A DNA stretch of 64,000 nucleotides from a virus (Duplodnaviria > Caudoviricetes): IMG/VR virus record IMGVR_UViG_3300032327_000792. One strand, given 5' to 3'. The stretch's first letter is position 1; the number at the start of each line of letters is the position of its first letter. The notes beneath the pieces were generated by a model. It did no database searches. It saw only the letters and a list, made by a program, of their open reading frames with translations, and was not told the DNA's origin. The translations under genes and the position numbers were made by a program. Shown piece by piece: positions 1-9,441 of the stretch.

Positions 1-43
1 GAGTAGCAATGTCATCAACATCCCAACGTTTGATAAAACTCAT

Positions 44-427
44 TTATTGTTGTGCAACTACGTAGACAGCATCACTCATGGTGTCGTCCTGTGGTGGATG
101 GTCTGAAACCAGCAGTATATCTTTTGGGTCAATTTTTCGGAGAGTTTTTTCTCCTGATTCGTCTTCAACTTCGACCCCGCGAGTCCAACGTCCGTGTGCT
201 ACACAGATCCATTGTCCTGTGCAAACATCTTGTTGATCCGGGCCAGTGGCATACACACAACCCCATCGTGGCCTGATGCCCAATCCGGTTCCGTCGTCAT
301 TCAACAAAATAAGCCCAGAACTGGTTGTGCGTTGTTCAAATGTCATTTCGGTAACAACAACCCAATCTCTGATGGGTTGTAATTGATCTCTTTTGATTTG
401 ATGTGGTGCAAATGCTGCTTTGTTCAT
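44..427 (-). CDS. Divergent GroES-like co-chaperonin
   Basis: LQPIRDWVVV...TTSSGLILLND...VYATGP...DILLV follows the GroES pattern (LxPLxDRVVV, TxSGI, V.AVG). Confidence 0.7.
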   Translation of the reverse strand: MNKAAFAPHQIKRDQLQPIRDWVVVTEMTFEQRTTSSGLILLNDDGTGLGIRPRWGCVYATGPDQQDVCTGQWICVAHGRWTRGVEVEDESGEKTLRKIDPKDILLVSDHPPQDDTMSDAVYVVAQQ

Positions 428-435
428 AGTTCCTC

Positions 436-948
436 TTAGAGTTTTCTAACGCCGGGTGTTTGTCGTGCAAGTTGGCGCGGGGTTTTTTCAAGTTCTTGTT
501 GCACAGTTCTACTACGGGCAATGGCACCAGCTAAGCCGCCTAGTACTGGGCTTTCTGGTGTAGCGGCCACCGGTTCTGTAGTTGCAACGGTTTCGGTAGC
601 TTCGGTAGTTGCAAGGTTTTCAACAACATCGTTGGCAACAACGTCGTTGTCCTCGGGTAAATCAGCAAATGTATCTTCGCTGAACACCGGTGACAATTCT
701 TCGGCCCGTACCTTGTTCATGGCTGCTGTACTGGTTGATACTGGAGTGTTGGTTACATTGGTTGTACGACGATTTTGTCGTTGAACTTGTCGAGATTTGC
801 GTTCAATAACTCGGTTATTGCTATTGATCACATCACCTCTGGCATTGACTCCCATGTTGCCAACCGCTCTTACGCTTTCATTCTGTAACAACAGTGAGCC
901 CATGTCAACAGTTTTGCCCATGGCTGATCGGTATTGTTTTTTGGTCAT
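436..948 (-). CDS. Hypothetical phage protein
   Basis: 170-aa ORF in operon, late-type TAAATA upstream (~970). Confidence 0.6.
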   Translation of the reverse strand: MTKKQYRSAMGKTVDMGSLLLQNESVRAVGNMGVNARGDVINSNNRVIERKSRQVQRQNRRTTNVTNTPVSTSTAAMNKVRAEELSPVFSEDTFADLPEDNDVVANDVVENLATTEATETVATTEPVAATPESPVLGGLAGAIARSRTVQQELEKTPRQLARQTPGVRKL

Positions 949-974
949 TTTAATTTCCTTAGTAATACTGGTAT

Positions 975-1505
975 TTAACGCAGAAATTCTTCCACATCTA
1001 ATTCATAGAACATGGAATCAATTTTATGAACTCCTAATTTGTACAACACATAACTGGCCACACTTGATCCACGACCCACGCCCCAGATCACACTGTTAGC
1101 AGTCATCACATCCACTAGATATTTCAAAAAACGCAACAGGTCAAACAAGTTGCGTTCTTGATACAACAACAACTCCTGTCCACACCGTTGTAATTCTGCG
1201 TCAGTGGTACATAAATTCAGTATGTGTTGTGCTATGTCTAATTGCTGATACTGTTCGGGCATGTGCCAAGTGTTTTGGAGTCTGCGATCAAACTCTTCCA
1301 TGCTTTCAGTTGACGTATTGTGTTTGATCATTGTAGGAATATCATCCAACAACATTGATACTTTTTCTAGATCAACACTGGCGTCAACTATCATGTTTCG
1401 AAAAGACGCAATTTCACGACTTTGCATGATCAAGTCACACACATCGTCTTGGTCAAAAATCATTTCACCGTAGTTATTTTGTTTCATCTTTGGCAAAATC
1501 TGCAA
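975..1505 (-). CDS. DNA polymerase III alpha (DnaE)-like fragment, split polymerase
   Basis: WGVGRGSSVASYVLYKLGVHKIDSMFYELDVEEFLR matches the DnaE GRGS...LGIT.IDP...L.FERFL motif; only 176 aa. Confidence 0.75.
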   Translation of the reverse strand: MQILPKMKQNNYGEMIFDQDDVCDLIMQSREIASFRNMIVDASVDLEKVSMLLDDIPTMIKHNTSTESMEEFDRRLQNTWHMPEQYQQLDIAQHILNLCTTDAELQRCGQELLLYQERNLFDLLRFLKYLVDVMTANSVIWGVGRGSSVASYVLYKLGVHKIDSMFYELDVEEFLR

Positions 1506-2085
1506 ACACTACCTTGTTATCATCGTTGACATTGATCAGTATACTTTCGTCCCAACACAATCCCAGCTCTCTCCAGCCTGCACCAATGTGAGGCAACTCA
1601 ACGGTTTTTTCATTGTCAACCAAAGTTAAATCGCAATGCACAGCCTCTGGCTCCGACCACCACCCTGTGTCAGCAAATGGACCTTGGGCATCTCGATCAT
1701 TGTGCAAATACACAATATTTTCTCCAAGCTCACTGCAAATTTCTATTTCGTCAATGATCATCCTAGATTCCAGTATGGCATTGAGTTTACAGTATAACAT
1801 TATTCCGATCACTTGGTCTAGAGGATCTTCGGGCAATGTGGTTATGTTGATTCCGGCTGCGGCATATGCTTGACACTGTGCCCACTCATCACTGTTTATA
1901 AACACAGTGCTGTTGAGTTGATTGTGTAGGAAGTATTTGATTCGATCCAGCGCAATGTTGTGATCTTCACCTTCTTCGCTGTTGGTAGTAATGTGTAATT
2001 TTACTTGATAGTTGTTCATACGCATTTGATCATCGTAGAATATACCAGCAGTAAACACAGTTGAGTAACGCAGTCTTACGTTCAT
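1474..2085 (-). CDS. Hypothetical phage protein
   Basis: 203-aa ORF overlapping its neighbours, co-oriented. Confidence 0.6.
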   Translation of the reverse strand: MNVRLRYSTVFTAGIFYDDQMRMNNYQVKLHITTNSEEGEDHNIALDRIKYFLHNQLNSTVFINSDEWAQCQAYAAAGINITTLPEDPLDQVIGIMLYCKLNAILESRMIIDEIEICSELGENIVYLHNDRDAQGPFADTGWWSEPEAVHCDLTLVDNEKTVELPHIGAGWRELGLCWDESILINVNDDNKVVFADFAKDETK

Positions 2086-2318
2086 GAGATATCTATCTTG
2101 TCTTCAAAGTTATCGCCAGGTTTGCCTTTGTTGAACATGGCTTGAGTTTTTTCTTGATACTTGACCTGATGACTTTCTATGGCCATCCTGATTTGATTGC
2201 AAAGATAAGCATTGCCTGTTCGATGAGCAATGCCTAATTTTTTATTGAGTTCCGATATTTTAGAACCCAGCTCTTCCACGGTCATGTGGTCTAAGCTGGG
2301 TAGTAAAGGATGTTCCAT
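2082..2318 (-). CDS. Hypothetical protein
   Basis: 78-aa ORF, 4-bp overlap with the downstream gene. Confidence 0.55.
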   Translation of the reverse strand: MEHPLLPSLDHMTVEELGSKISELNKKLGIAHRTGNAYLCNQIRMAIESHQVKYQEKTQAMFNKGKPGDNFEDKIDIS

Positions 2319-2362
2319 GTGTGTATTTTACAGCACTGTGAACACAAAGTCAATGATTTTGG

Positions 2363-3259
2363 TCAGGCAAATGTGCAACCGTTGTTGCCAATCACAAACC
2401 ATTTTGAGTTGATGTATTGCAAAATACAACCTTCACCGATGGCGTCGAATGTTATGGTGCCTGTACCTGATGTTTTCCATCCTGCATTGGTCACAGTAAT
2501 AACCATATTGCCCACACGAGCATACATTGCAAAAGTTTTGATTTGTCCGTTGACACCTGCTGCTAGTGTTGCTGTTTCAGCAGCCGCAGTTGAGAAATAG
2601 CTCACTGGCAATCTCAAACTTGCAGCACCAGATGCGGCCAAATCTTCAGATCCAGTTAAAAACAATGGATTGGTATAAACATTCAGTGGGCGATTTAAAT
2701 CGTATACAGTGACGGTTGTGCCACCATTGTTGGTTGTGAATCTAAAATTGTATGTACCTGTGGCACCAAATGTGATAATTTGTCCACTGATACCTTGAAT
2801 ACCGGTCAATCCTTGACTAACCACGGCTGGCAATGTTAGAGTATGAGCTAGATTATTTACTGTAACCTGTAAGTATACTTCTCCAGCAACACCAGCCGCT
2901 GGAAAGTTACTAAAGCCAAAAGTAGCAGCAACATTAAGAGTTACTGTTTGATATGTTCCAAGAGCGTAATTAACAGTAAATGAAGATCCCGGCGAGGCAC
3001 CAAGGTCTAGGAGTTTGTAGCCCATGTCATTTAATACAGCATTGCTCAGCCCACTGCCCAACATGTCGTTGTCTAAAGTGGTACCAGACAGCGCAGATTT
3101 TAATACTGCATTGTTTTGTAGATCTGTAATCTCATCTTCCGCATACTGGAAGTTGGTTTTGATATTCGTAAAGTTATCACGAAAACCTTGTGAATTGTTA
3201 TCTTGTCCGGCTACTGGGTAAGTACCGTCGATGTTGTTTGGGTTAATTGCACTTGTCAT
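2363..3259 (-). CDS. Virion structural protein (baseplate/fibre-like)
   Basis: N-terminal GQDNNSQGFRDNFTNIKTNF coiled-coil-like segment; Thr/Gly-rich beta character; lies in the structural cluster. Confidence 0.6.
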   Translation of the reverse strand: MTSAINPNNIDGTYPVAGQDNNSQGFRDNFTNIKTNFQYAEDEITDLQNNAVLKSALSGTTLDNDMLGSGLSNAVLNDMGYKLLDLGASPGSSFTVNYALGTYQTVTLNVAATFGFSNFPAAGVAGEVYLQVTVNNLAHTLTLPAVVSQGLTGIQGISGQIITFGATGTYNFRFTTNNGGTTVTVYDLNRPLNVYTNPLFLTGSEDLAASGAASLRLPVSYFSTAAAETATLAAGVNGQIKTFAMYARVGNMVITVTNAGWKTSGTGTITFDAIGEGCILQYINSKWFVIGNNGCTFA

Positions 3260-3262
3260 AAG

Positions 3263-6124
3263 TTATCCTAAAATTGTCCTCTTGGGGAATACAAGGTATT
3301 TATCGTACTCTTGTGTGTTGCTGTACATATCTACAGGTGCGATAAATCTTACACTTGATCCATCAAATGTAGTAGCATCTGCGCCCACTACCTCAATATC
3401 CCAAGTGGCTCCTGTTCCAGAGCCAGTGATGTTTGTACCTATTACATTTGTATATGTATCGCCTGTGCTAAACAGGGGTGCAAATCCAGTGCCTTGAGCT
3501 TGTTCGATAGTGCCATTGATATCCACCTGTTCTACAGTGATTGTTATGTTGTTGGTAACATCAACTCCACCAACTTGACTGCCTAAAATAAGGATACGAT
3601 CACCTACTGCATATCCAGTTCCTCCCACAAAAACAAAACTTGAATCGTCGAGGGCAGGCAACTGATAATGATTGTCTAGGTCAAATGTGGTTTCGGCAGC
3701 AACAGGTTCCCATGCACCAGTGGTTGAATCGCCAGCTGGATCCCAGTTGTGACTCAACAATCTGTCAAGTTCGTAACGATCAACTTCAAAATCAATCAAA
3801 TTCAATCGTTCACCAAACTTGGTGCGTACATAATAAGCAATCTGATCACCGTGTCCAGGTTTGACATAGGCCAGAACCCATGACGGTATGAATCCTAGCA
3901 CACGGCCATTGGCCTGTTTTGAAGTCATCCACAATGGTAATACATTGGCAATTTGACCCACTGTGTCTATCACTTGATCACGCATGTTGATCAAACTGTT
4001 TGGGTACACTGTGCTTATTTCGGTAGAATCTGCTTCATTGATAGGATAAGGTAAAGTAACTTGTTTGCTGACGCTCAGTCCTTGGTTGTTTAGCAGATTA
4101 TCTTGTATGGCACTGTAAACTACTTCGTAGATAACCACACCGTTGGCATCCACTGCTTGAGCTACCCGTATTTCTCCCAGAGTAAGATTTTTCCAGTAAT
4201 GATTTTCGTACAAACTACTGTAGTAGTCTTCTATGGTGCTGGCTGTCAATCCAAACGCATGTTCATAGATCACTTGTGTAGCACGACCAAAGTTTGGATC
4301 GGTGGGTCTATACAATAGATCCGGCTGGAATATGTCTTGATTTTGTATCAAACTGTCAATAAATTCTCGATCAGCCAGTGGCGGCATAGCTTGAATATAT
4401 AAATTCTCATATGGCTCGTTGTATTCTCGAATCACAGTGATTGTAAACGTTTTGAATACACTTACCAATCCATCTGTACTGTAAGCGTTTACGGTAAATG
4501 TATGACTCATGTCAAATGTAGTTTCTGTATTTTGACCAGTTACCGCAAGATCATTTGATGTAACATCAAATGTTGTGGTTCCTAAATCCAATGCAAATGT
4601 ATCAAAACTCACTCGGCCAGCAATTTCACCTGATGGCAATAATTGTAGTCCTTGTGGAAGACTACTGGTGCTCCCAGATTCTAATTGATATTGTACTGGT
4701 ATACCGGCTATGTTGGTTGCCAATACATACAGTGTACTGGTAGCGCCATTGACAATTGTGCCTAAATCACTGTTGGTGAGCCAGGTTACCTCTGTGTCAA
4801 TCGGTCCAACTATAGTCAACGAATAATTGTATTCGTTACTGATAATTGCCGGATTGTCTTTTTTATAAACTCGTATGTAAAAGTTATAGGTATTGTCGGT
4901 TAGCCCCAACGAAGGAATGTAACCGTATAACCATCCAGTGCCAGGATCCAATGTAAGTCCCGGAATTGTGGTTGAATCTCCAATGTCGTATCCAAGGTCA
5001 TATTCAACTTGGTCGCCGTCGAGGTCAAGACCCACAAATTGCACAGCAAAGAAGTTGTTGTTACGCACTGTTCCAATACTGCCAACTGCTGGACTCACAA
5101 TGAATGGCACACGCACTGGACTGACATCGGCTGTGATAAATGTATTGTCAGCTGTGATAGTTGTGGTATCCGCTGTTAATGAATCCTTGCTGTAAACAAA
5201 AATACTAAAAGTTCTCAAATTGCTACTTTTACCATCTGATAGCTCCAGTACAAATTCGTAGTTAGCATCAACGCTTTGTGTTGAGAAATCAAATGGATAT
5301 TCGGCATAGCCTTGTCCATCACGACTGAACCCAGCTGTGGCTTCCACCGGACTCAACGGAGTAATAAATCCCGAAATCAATCCGTCAGCACTGACAGTCA
5401 ATCCAGGTGGCAACAATCCTGCTTTGAGAGACACAATCACAGTGTCTGATGGGTCAACGTCGGTGTATTCAACTTGTATTGGAACAATCTGTTGACCGTC
5501 GTATTCCTGGGCAATTTGTCCAGCCGGAGTAATCCACTCTGGGGCATCCTGTCCTGTAATTGTTAATGTGAACGTTCTATCGTTGATGCGATCCAGAGTT
5601 CCTACTCTGGATCGAGTGTATGCTCTCACAGTAAATTTACTGGTAACGTCTTCTGACACCTGTGAAGGAACTCCTTGAATACTGGCCACAGCCTTGGGTA
5701 TACCTTCAATTAGACCATTGTCGGCAATTTGTATTCCGGATGGTAGTGCTCCAGCCTGTATAGTAAACAACACATGCTGAGTAAAGGTAGCGGTCATTGA
5801 TCCTGAGCCCGTGGTCAGTGCAATTGGAACCGTAGAGTATTCAAATGGTGCAATCGAAAAATGTGTGCTATCAACCACCGCCAACACAAAATATCTGACA
5901 GCAGGACTTACTCCGCCAAACAATCCACCTGAAAATATTACATTGAGTCCTGGCCAAATATTGGCAGTGCTGTCACAGGTAATAAGATTGGTAGAGGATG
6001 ATGTTGCTGTGCAAGTGTTGATAGCCACTGTGGCAGTGTCAGCCAACATATTGGTTTGATAGAATATACCTTCGGGTATGGTTCCTAAACTACCAGCAGG
6101 AGTAATCCAAATAGGTTGAGCCAT
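3263..6124 (-). CDS. Large virion/baseplate protein with repeated Ig-like (He_PIG-like) modules
   Basis: 953 aa; recurrent WITPAG and LPxGLxLxxxGxIxG motifs (three or more copies). Confidence 0.7.
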   Translation of the reverse strand: MAQPIWITPAGSLGTIPEGIFYQTNMLADTATVAINTCTATSSSTNLITCDSTANIWPGLNVIFSGGLFGGVSPAVRYFVLAVVDSTHFSIAPFEYSTVPIALTTGSGSMTATFTQHVLFTIQAGALPSGIQIADNGLIEGIPKAVASIQGVPSQVSEDVTSKFTVRAYTRSRVGTLDRINDRTFTLTITGQDAPEWITPAGQIAQEYDGQQIVPIQVEYTDVDPSDTVIVSLKAGLLPPGLTVSADGLISGFITPLSPVEATAGFSRDGQGYAEYPFDFSTQSVDANYEFVLELSDGKSSNLRTFSIFVYSKDSLTADTTTITADNTFITADVSPVRVPFIVSPAVGSIGTVRNNNFFAVQFVGLDLDGDQVEYDLGYDIGDSTTIPGLTLDPGTGWLYGYIPSLGLTDNTYNFYIRVYKKDNPAIISNEYNYSLTIVGPIDTEVTWLTNSDLGTIVNGATSTLYVLATNIAGIPVQYQLESGSTSSLPQGLQLLPSGEIAGRVSFDTFALDLGTTTFDVTSNDLAVTGQNTETTFDMSHTFTVNAYSTDGLVSVFKTFTITVIREYNEPYENLYIQAMPPLADREFIDSLIQNQDIFQPDLLYRPTDPNFGRATQVIYEHAFGLTASTIEDYYSSLYENHYWKNLTLGEIRVAQAVDANGVVIYEVVYSAIQDNLLNNQGLSVSKQVTLPYPINEADSTEISTVYPNSLINMRDQVIDTVGQIANVLPLWMTSKQANGRVLGFIPSWVLAYVKPGHGDQIAYYVRTKFGERLNLIDFEVDRYELDRLLSHNWDPAGDSTTGAWEPVAAETTFDLDNHYQLPALDDSSFVFVGGTGYAVGDRILILGSQVGGVDVTNNITITVEQVDINGTIEQAQGTGFAPLFSTGDTYTNVIGTNITGSGTGATWDIEVVGADATTFDGSSVRFIAPVDMYSNTQEYDKYLVFPKRTILG

Positions 6125-6128
6125 TTAC

Positions 6129-6392
6129 TTACCAGGTAGGGTCAAACGCTACACGGCGCCAGATTTCTGTGGTTTCGTCAAAATCGGCTACGCAGACGTA
6201 AAAATAAATGTTGTCATATGCAATCATTCCAGCACTGTCACCAATAGTTCCAGTAGGCGTTGCTGGTGGAGTTGTTTGCACACGACTGAATAGTTCGCTA
6301 AAATTGGTGTTGCATTTGATAAAAGAAGTACGTATAGGATCGCCCAGTCCATCATTGGGTGCTGTTCCTACATTGATTATTTGTTGAGCCAT
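6129..6392 (-). CDS. Small structural protein with T4 gp9/gp10-like N-terminus
   Basis: MAQQIINVGTAPNDGLGDPIRTSFIKCNTNFSELF resembles the gp10 N-terminus (INIG..DDGTGD.LR....N.NF.EL). Confidence 0.65.
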   Translation of the reverse strand: MAQQIINVGTAPNDGLGDPIRTSFIKCNTNFSELFSRVQTTPPATPTGTIGDSAGMIAYDNIYFYVCVADFDETTEIWRRVAFDPTW

Positions 6393-6448
6393 AGATTAGA
6401 GTCCTCTGGCAAGTATTTACCAGAGTTTGCTATAGCTGTGACTTGAAA

Positions 6449-6991
6449 TTACAGGCGTTGGTTGCAAACGTCCCAGTCAATAATCTTCCAGATATTGTCT
6501 AAGTAACGTTCTTTGTCCCACTGATAGTCAGTGGCCCATACATGTTCCCACCAATCAATAAGCACGCATATATCTGTACGAACCTGATGATTGGGTATGG
6601 TTTTAATTGTTCCTGATGTACTCAAATATACCCATCCAGAACCTTGAATTTTCATGGCTGTTTCTTTGACTGCTTGTTTGAAATCTTCATAGGTCTTGAA
6701 GTTAGATTCAATCAGTTCCAGTACAGCTCCACGTGGTTTGTTTGCACCTTTTGGAGCACGTAGTTGTGGGAAAAATTTGTTGTGCAAAAAACTACCAGCA
6801 CGGTTGAAATCAGCATTGCCTTCACCGGCATTGTAGCGTTTGGCATAGCCTTTGGCCAAATGTCCATAATGATACTCTAGGCTTTCTTTGCTGAGCACTG
6901 GCTCTAGGTCCTGTTCTCCGTAGGGCAATGGTGTTGTTTCCAGTTTGGCTGGACGAGTGCTGGCTTCAATTAGGTTGATTTCTTCTCTCAT
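6449..6991 (-). CDS. sod: Fe/Mn superoxide dismutase
   Basis: LPYGEQDLEPVLSKESLEYH, FN...LHN.FF, GSGWV.L, DWWEH; four metal-ligand positions appear retained. Confidence 0.88.
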   Translation of the reverse strand: MREEINLIEASTRPAKLETTPLPYGEQDLEPVLSKESLEYHYGHLAKGYAKRYNAGEGNADFNRAGSFLHNKFFPQLRAPKGANKPRGAVLELIESNFKTYEDFKQAVKETAMKIQGSGWVYLSTSGTIKTIPNHQVRTDICVLIDWWEHVWATDYQWDKERYLDNIWKIIDWDVCNQRL

Positions 6992-7001
6992 GATCTAGTA
7001 C

Positions 7002-7220
7002 TTATCTTCTGCGAGTGATTCGTCCACGAGTTAGATCGTATGGACTGAATTCTATTTCTACTGTGTCACCCAACAATATTTTGATATTGTGTTGACGCAT
7101 TTTACCCGATATAACTCCAGTTACGGGTTGATCAAGATTTTCTATTTTGACTCTAAACATAGCATTGGGCAATACGTCAATTATTTGCCCATCCATCCGA
7201 AATCCTTCTTCTTTGGCCAT
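7002..7220 (-). CDS. infA: Translation initiation factor IF-1
   Basis: [24 protein letters not shown]...[35 protein letters not shown]. Confidence 0.95.
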   Translation of the reverse strand: MAKEEGFRMDGQIIDVLPNAMFRVKIENLDQPVTGVISGKMRQHNIKILLGDTVEIEFSPYDLTRGRITRRR

Positions 7221-7263
7221 TGTTACTGTTGTGTACTTTCTGCGGTCATTGTTTTCCTTTGTA

Positions 7264-7686
7264 TTAGCGTCGCATTGTACTTATTTCAATTGCCTCTTCA
7301 TCTGAGAAAATAGGCACAGCATTTGACTTGTGCATGGTACCGATACCTTTGACTTTGGTACCTGTGTACTCTTTGTCAGTGGGTTTGCTACAAGTTACCC
7401 AACCTGTGTCTACGCTGTTAATTTTGGGAGTTTCTCTACCAGGAGGTATTTTGGGCCCAGAACTGACCAATGGAGTGGTGTGCTTTGGCTCCAAAGGTTT
7501 ATTAGACCGAGCAGTGTTGTTTCTTGTGCTGAATTTGGGTGCTAGTTTTTTCCACTCTGCTTCACGATCACGCCACTCACGTGCCAAACGTTCTGCATGT
7601 GCTTTGGCCTCAGAGCTGGCCCATTTCTTTGGACCTTTCTTCTTGCCTGTGGTGCTTAACCATGGACCTTCAAGATGAAAAGACAT
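7264..7686 (-). CDS. Conserved-looking basic hypothetical phage protein
   Basis: 140 aa ending [22 protein letters not shown]; has its own early promoter. Confidence 0.65.
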   Translation of the reverse strand: MSFHLEGPWLSTTGKKKGPKKWASSEAKAHAERLAREWRDREAEWKKLAPKFSTRNNTARSNKPLEPKHTTPLVSSGPKIPPGRETPKINSVDTGWVTCSKPTDKEYTGTKVKGIGTMHKSNAVPIFSDEEAIEISTMRR

Positions 7687-7714
7687 ATAGATAACTCCTA
7701 TTTACTATACTAAT

Positions 7715-7743
7715 ATTATAGCAAAATAGGAGTTTTTGGTCAA
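7715..7743 (-). promoter_or_regulatory. Sigma70-type early promoter
   Basis: TTGACC-N17-TATAAT on minus strand. Confidence 0.8.
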
Positions 7744-8066
7744 CCTCTGTCCAACAGATGTAGTTTGCTGATAACAGTAGCCCAGTGTTCTGCATCTGCA
7801 GGCGCTGGCACCCGTTTGCTCAACACAGGCCACAACTCACTGAGTTCGGCATTGAGCTCAATAAAGTGTTGTTGATCGTCGGGCACAGCATCCTCTGCGT
7901 AAATTGCATCCACAGGACACTCTGGCACACACACTGCACAATCAATACATTCTGTGGGATCAATCACTAAAAAATTTGGACCTGCTTTGAAGCAATCCAC
8001 AGGACACACATCCACACAGTCAGTGTGCTTGCACATGATACAGGATTCAGTTACTACATAAGTCAT
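7740..8066 (-). CDS. fdxA: 7Fe/8Fe ferredoxin (FdxA family)
   Basis: [26 protein letters not shown]...[17 protein letters not shown]. Confidence 0.93.
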   Translation of the reverse strand: MTYVVTESCIMCKHTDCVDVCPVDCFKAGPNFLVIDPTECIDCAVCVPECPVDAIYAEDAVPDDQQHFIELNAELSELWPVLSKRVPAPADAEHWATVISKLHLLDRG

Positions 8067-8093
8067 AGAATTTCTTTTAAAGTTGGATCAAAA

Positions 8094-8396
8094 TTATTTG
8101 AACAAGATCATGGCCATTATCACAGCCTGAACAATAAAGCCTGTTCCAATTGTGATAATGTTTAGAGTATCTTTCATGACCACTGATCTGACAAACAGCA
8201 GGACCAATCCAGCCCACATAAACAGCACAATGTCCAAGTTGGGTACATTGTCACTGAGTCCTGTGAGCAAGGCCAACAAGGTAGGTATTGTGGCACAATG
8301 AATCAAAATCACTGCCAACCAGCCCAATGTATCTGCACCTACTTTTGGTAAATTTTCAGCTAACCAAGCATTAGCCCGTTCTTTGAATGAAATCAT
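8094..8396 (-). CDS. Small multi-pass membrane protein
   Basis: Three hydrophobic segments; overlaps the hydrolase stop. Confidence 0.65.
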   Translation of the reverse strand: MISFKERANAWLAENLPKVGADTLGWLAVILIHCATIPTLLALLTGLSDNVPNLDIVLFMWAGLVLLFVRSVVMKDTLNIITIGTGFIVQAVIMAMILFK

Positions 8397-8974
8397 ATGC
8401 GTGCACCTTTTTCACTGTAAAATATATGTCTGCCAATTTTGTCGATCTTTGGCTTGCCCCATTGAGGATTTATGTAGTCTGCGTGATAGTACAGAGCTTT
8501 CTTCATTGAGGGTAAACGAAATCCTTCCATCATGACTTTTTTGGCCACTTCCTCTGACTCACGCCATAAAGCCTGATGTATAGGACGGACTCTGTGAGTA
8601 CCTTCACAATACCATGAAAATTGACAAACTACTCGGTCGTAAAATACATTCTTTTGATAAACCACACCGCATACATCATTGGCAAAACGCCCGTCTGCTA
8701 CGCGATTCATGGTTACCTGTGCCACTGCTACTTTGCCTTCAAACGGCTCACTAGCGGCTTCCCAGTAAATGTTCTGGGTCATACATTTCAACTGCCGTGT
8801 ACGGTCTTCTGCTGAAACAAATCCTTGACGCCATGCATCATTTTTGCTGGCCAATTCATCTAATTTGATAGTGGTTACTATGACCACTGCAAACATCACA
8901 CAGAAAAAACCAAAAGTTTTAACTGCCCATATTTTTAAATCTACTGCTGGTTGTTTACTTGACTTTGAAGTCAT
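8393..8974 (-). CDS. Cell wall hydrolase, SleB/Hydrolase_2 family
   Basis: N-terminal TM; IYWEAASEPFEGKVAVAQVTMNRV, VCGVVYQ, CQFSW, ALYYHADYINPQW, IGRHIFY. Confidence 0.9.
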   Translation of the reverse strand: MTSKSSKQPAVDLKIWAVKTFGFFCVMFAVVIVTTIKLDELASKNDAWRQGFVSAEDRTRQLKCMTQNIYWEAASEPFEGKVAVAQVTMNRVADGRFANDVCGVVYQKNVFYDRVVCQFSWYCEGTHRVRPIHQALWRESEEVAKKVMMEGFRLPSMKKALYYHADYINPQWGKPKIDKIGRHIFYSEKGARI

Positions 8975-9325
8975 GTCATTCTCCTTTGAACCATACTGGG
9001 CTCTTCAGCGGAGGTGCTCAGGATGAGCGCATTGACAATGAGAGATATAGATAGCGAGACTCGGTGGCCTTCTTTGGCATACTCTCTTGGACTGTGCTCT
9101 TTGTCCTAAATGCTACAAGCACAATCAATACTAGTTGTCAACGAAGAGACGTTCCGACGGTCTCTTTCGAAACAGCAATTAAAGTTTGGACAAACCCCAA
9201 CCACTGTACCTATGTTTACTTTTTTGCTCGGTATAAACAGCCGAGGTGCTGTGGTTCTAAGATTGTGATCTTCTGCTGTATCCTAAAGATCAGCTAGATT
9301 GTTTTTACCACATGCACAAATACTT
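8975..9325 (-). ncRNA. Candidate structured RNA / long 5' leader of the cell wall hydrolase
   Basis: About 350 nt with no convincing minus-strand ORF, many stems and a possible H-type pseudoknot; family unknown. Confidence 0.4.
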
Positions 9326-9411
9326 AGTACCCACTGCACTCTTGAGCTAAAAATCGCTCTTTTTCTACTACTTTTTGCCATTATATAGGTGTTTAACGAC
9401 AATATACTGCT

Positions 9412-9440
9412 ATTATACACTAAACACCTATAATGGTCAA
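9412..9440 (-). promoter_or_regulatory. Sigma70-type promoter overlapped by an inverted repeat
   Basis: TTGACC-N17-TATAAT; TAGGTGTTTA (9386-9395) / TAAACACCTA (9421-9430). Confidence 0.7.
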
Positions 9441-9441
9441 T

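Noticed and set aside
8990-9090. Glycine riboswitch or hammerhead ribozyme match (GAGAG..CACCGA..TCTCTCA; CTGAAGAG on minus strand)
   Set aside because: The conserved GAAG/CAGG of glycine aptamers and the GAAA core of hammerheads are missing; kept only as an unknown structured RNA.
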